This document shows, in pieces, positions 61,783 through 64,000 of a stretch of 64,000 bases of DNA. The stretch is from contig CAJWMT010000002.1 in NCBI GenBank assembly GCA_913044275.1, positions 1,579-65,578 on the forward strand, written 5' to 3'. The notes below the pieces were generated by a model. It did no database searches. It was not told the DNA's origin and saw nothing but the letters and a program-made list of their open reading frames with translations. Position 1 is the stretch's first letter. Every line of letters starts with the position of its first letter. The DNA is from an uncultured Cellvibrionales bacterium. Its GTDB lineage: Bacteria; Pseudomonadota; Gammaproteobacteria; Pseudomonadales; Porticoccaceae. Position numbers and translations under genes: made by a program.

Positions 61783-62721
61783 CTATTCGACATTGTTTTC
61801 TCCCGGGGGATCGAGATCTTCCTCGGAAGGCAAAAGATCAGTTTCATTGATAAGTAGCTGGTTGATCCAATACTTGGAAACTCGAAAAGCTGTATTTTGA
61901 GTAGATTTCGTGACGGAGAACTCGTCGTCAACTGACTTATAAAAATTAAAAATAATTCCTTTTTTATCAGAAGGCAGATTAATGGTGGCTAATCTAACTA
62001 GACTGTCCTCTACTGCGTTTGAAATACCCAGTATTTGGAGATTTTTAAAACGAGCCAGGTAATCATTAACCTTTTGCTCGTCAGCAATATTCCCGTTAAT
62101 CTCCCAAGCAGATCCCTCATTTTCTGCGAGCGAAAAATCTTCATTTTTCAACGGTTGGTCGATATTTACCTCGCTGGGCAAATTTGCCAGAGCCAATTGA
62201 GCCTTGTCGATCCAGTCATCAACATTTGTGGAAATTTGATGGTTGGCTATGTCAACTGCATAGACGGAATTGTTTTTCGAGACTCGCGCATGGACCTTGC
62301 CAAATTCCGGAGAAGTCCCAGTAAAAAATGTCTCTAATAGTTGGTCATTCGGGTCGTAAAGTTCAACCTTTCGCTGATAATTTGAGTCTGAAAGTTCGAA
62401 TCTTTTAACCGCGTTGCTGGTCTGGGTCAATGCCCATTGCGCCTCCAACTCAAGGATTTGAGAAATAAACTCAGAAGCCTTTTTCGAGTCACCTAAATAC
62501 TTATCGTTGACAGTTACTCCATCGGACCAATTTTCGTTATCTGGCCTGAGTATAATGCTTGTTTCGCTATCAATAATCTTAATGTAAGCTATTTGTTCTG
62601 CATCAATCTGGATGAGTGCACCTGCTTCTAGTTGACTATCAAATGGTTTGAACCAAACAACAACTATCAGTATCACTTGAGTCAAGCCAAGTGCAGCAAG
62701 AGTTTTTATGTAGCCACTCAC
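61783..62721 (-). CDS. DUF4340 domain-containing membrane-anchored protein
   Basis: Single N-terminal TM segment; GTSPEFGKVHAR..VYAV..DWID; directly downstream of the GldG-like gene. Confidence 0.75.
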   Translation of the reverse strand: MSGYIKTLAALGLTQVILIVVVWFKPFDSQLEAGALIQIDAEQIAYIKIIDSETSIILRPDNENWSDGVTVNDKYLGDSKKASEFISQILELEAQWALTQTSNAVKRFELSDSNYQRKVELYDPNDQLLETFFTGTSPEFGKVHARVSKNNSVYAVDIANHQISTNVDDWIDKAQLALANLPSEVNIDQPLKNEDFSLAENEGSAWEINGNIADEQKVNDYLARFKNLQILGISNAVEDSLVRLATINLPSDKKGIIFNFYKSVDDEFSVTKSTQNTAFRVSKYWINQLLINETDLLPSEEDLDPPGENNVE

Positions 62722-62735
62722 TTTCAGTCTCCTTC

Positions 62736-63998
62736 TTAGGTAATTTCAATAAGTTTTGCTGCATAAGTTGCTCGGCGCCTTCTTTCAATGGCCCTGTTAG
62801 CCCAATAAATGGCAAGAAGTAAAACGACCGATAATACGTAGTTGAAGAATTCAATGATGGACTGTTGATTTTGATTTAAGGGAGGCAGAGTCCGATTAAA
62901 CTGTCCTCTTGAACTAATATTGTTGAGGTTGGTTTCCTCCAATGCCCAATCTACAGTATTTGCAATCAGTTGCAGGTTATTACGATGCAGAGAACCATCT
63001 GACGATCCCAGCATGCTCAGCGTTTGATCAGCTAAGAAGGCATTCGATGCAATAATCAGAAGGCGCGAAGACTCTGGCGATTTCTCAATAACTGAGCTGA
63101 TTATTAGTGGGTCCGAGTCCTTTTCGGAATCACTCTCATCATTTTTCTCGCTATTCCCATCTAGCATCGGAGAGCGCTTGTCAACAAAAAAACTTCCAAA
63201 CTTGCCTTCCAGAAGTGCGGCTATATTTCTACTCTTAACTTCCCCCTCTGGGGTAAAGATTTCCAACCCTTCTTCCGACAATTGAGGCATTATGTCAGTG
63301 TCATTAGTTACCCAACTTTCGGGACTACTTTTGAGTAGAATTGTGGAAGACCGTCCTTCCTTGCTCTTGATGATCAATGGCGAAGGCCAACTCACAGTAA
63401 CATTTGGTATGCCACGGGTTATGGATAGATCTTCGTTCAATCCTTCACCTCTTATATCTGCAAAATAAGGGTAATCCAGCAATACTAAATCTTGAAAACT
63501 GAAACCGCCAAGGTTTCGCGTTACCGGAATGGGAAGAGCCGAATTTTTCGCATCCATCAATAGAGTTTTTTCTAATTCGACACCATGATGAGTTAACCAC
63601 TCTTCAAGACCACTTACATGCTCTATGGCTAATAAACTTTCAGCACTCATCGAAGCGCTGAACGGGGAAGTAGAGAGCAAAACTGTGCCGCCTTTCATTA
63701 AAAATTGGTCGATGGCAAATATCTGTCTTTCAATTAATTCTTTAGGCTCTACTAGCAAAAGCAGGTCTGTCTCGTCGGGCACTTTGCCTTGCTTTAAGTC
63801 ATCTCTGATAATGGTGAAATCAATCTCAAGAGCATTGGTGAGTTGATTGTACTCATTAATCCTAGAATTCGCATTTTGGCTCCGTATATATGCCGGAGGC
63901 TGATCCGGAGCTACAAGCACGACAGTTTTGAGTAGGCCTTTTGCGAAGCGTTTGAGAGATTCTTCCATGGCTCTTGTGAGGGCTTCCGGTTCCAGTGG
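62736..63998 (-). CDS. GldG-family ABC transporter auxiliary component (5' end outside the window)
   Basis: DLLLLVEPK, AIDQFLMKGG, LLKSSPESW, NTVDWALE, C-terminal TM; frame stays open to the window end. Confidence 0.85.
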   Translation of the reverse strand, partial: PLEPEALTRAMEESLKRFAKGLLKTVVLVAPDQPPAYIRSQNANSRINEYNQLTNALEIDFTIIRDDLKQGKVPDETDLLLLVEPKELIERQIFAIDQFLMKGGTVLLSTSPFSASMSAESLLAIEHVSGLEEWLTHHGVELEKTLLMDAKNSALPIPVTRNLGGFSFQDLVLLDYPYFADIRGEGLNEDLSITRGIPNVTVSWPSPLIIKSKEGRSSTILLKSSPESWVTNDTDIMPQLSEEGLEIFTPEGEVKSRNIAALLEGKFGSFFVDKRSPMLDGNSEKNDESDSEKDSDPLIISSVIEKSPESSRLLIIASNAFLADQTLSMLGSSDGSLHRNNLQLIANTVDWALEETNLNNISSRGQFNRTLPPLNQNQQSIIEFFNYVLSVVLLLAIYWANRAIERRRRATYAAKLIEIT

Positions 63999-64000
63999 AT

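Noticed and set aside
61783-63998. GldG/DUF4340 genes as evidence of gliding motility or a novel system
   Set aside because: This ABC auxiliary module is widespread in non-gliding proteobacteria, and it is cut off by the window edge.

Overview
64-kb chromosomal segment of a compact-genome gammaproteobacterium (moderately AT-rich; gene order resembles Pseudomonadales/Cellvibrionales, probably marine, which is an inference). About 1-39 kb is conserved core: mucD'-lepA-lepB-rnc-era-recO-acpS-psd; hemE-aroB-aroK/mrcA; cysQ/yrfG-hslR-pckA; a pseudoazurin lipoprotein; trpS, M18 peptidase, uppP, tsaB, adk, mazG, rsgA/orn; queG/nnr-tsaE-amiB-mutL-miaA-hfq-hflXKC-yjeT-hisZ-purA. Several usual neighbours (pdxJ, pilMNOPQ, gltBD, hslO) are absent from their normal positions. 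About 39-64 kb is accessory metabolism: CBS/CGL transsulfuration, GLYK-type kinase, PhoA, PsiE, DUF5916, SDRs, a quinohemoprotein dehydrogenase, a frameshifted mmsA pseudogene, acyl-CoA synthetase, an ICL-family lyase and a GldG/DUF4340 module. The most notable signal is at 59.1-61.2 kb. Two ORFs that the ORF track splits are one reading frame through an in-frame UGA (EALAD-U-GSCTSC), followed 11 nt later by a perfect SECIS-like hairpin. This gives a UGSC-type, GrdB-like selenoprotein directly downstream of a CxxC-thioredoxin-fused protein of unknown function: a candidate uncharacterised selenium-dependent redox system. I saw no rRNA, tRNA, CRISPR array or transposase. All assignments come from motif recognition, not database searches.
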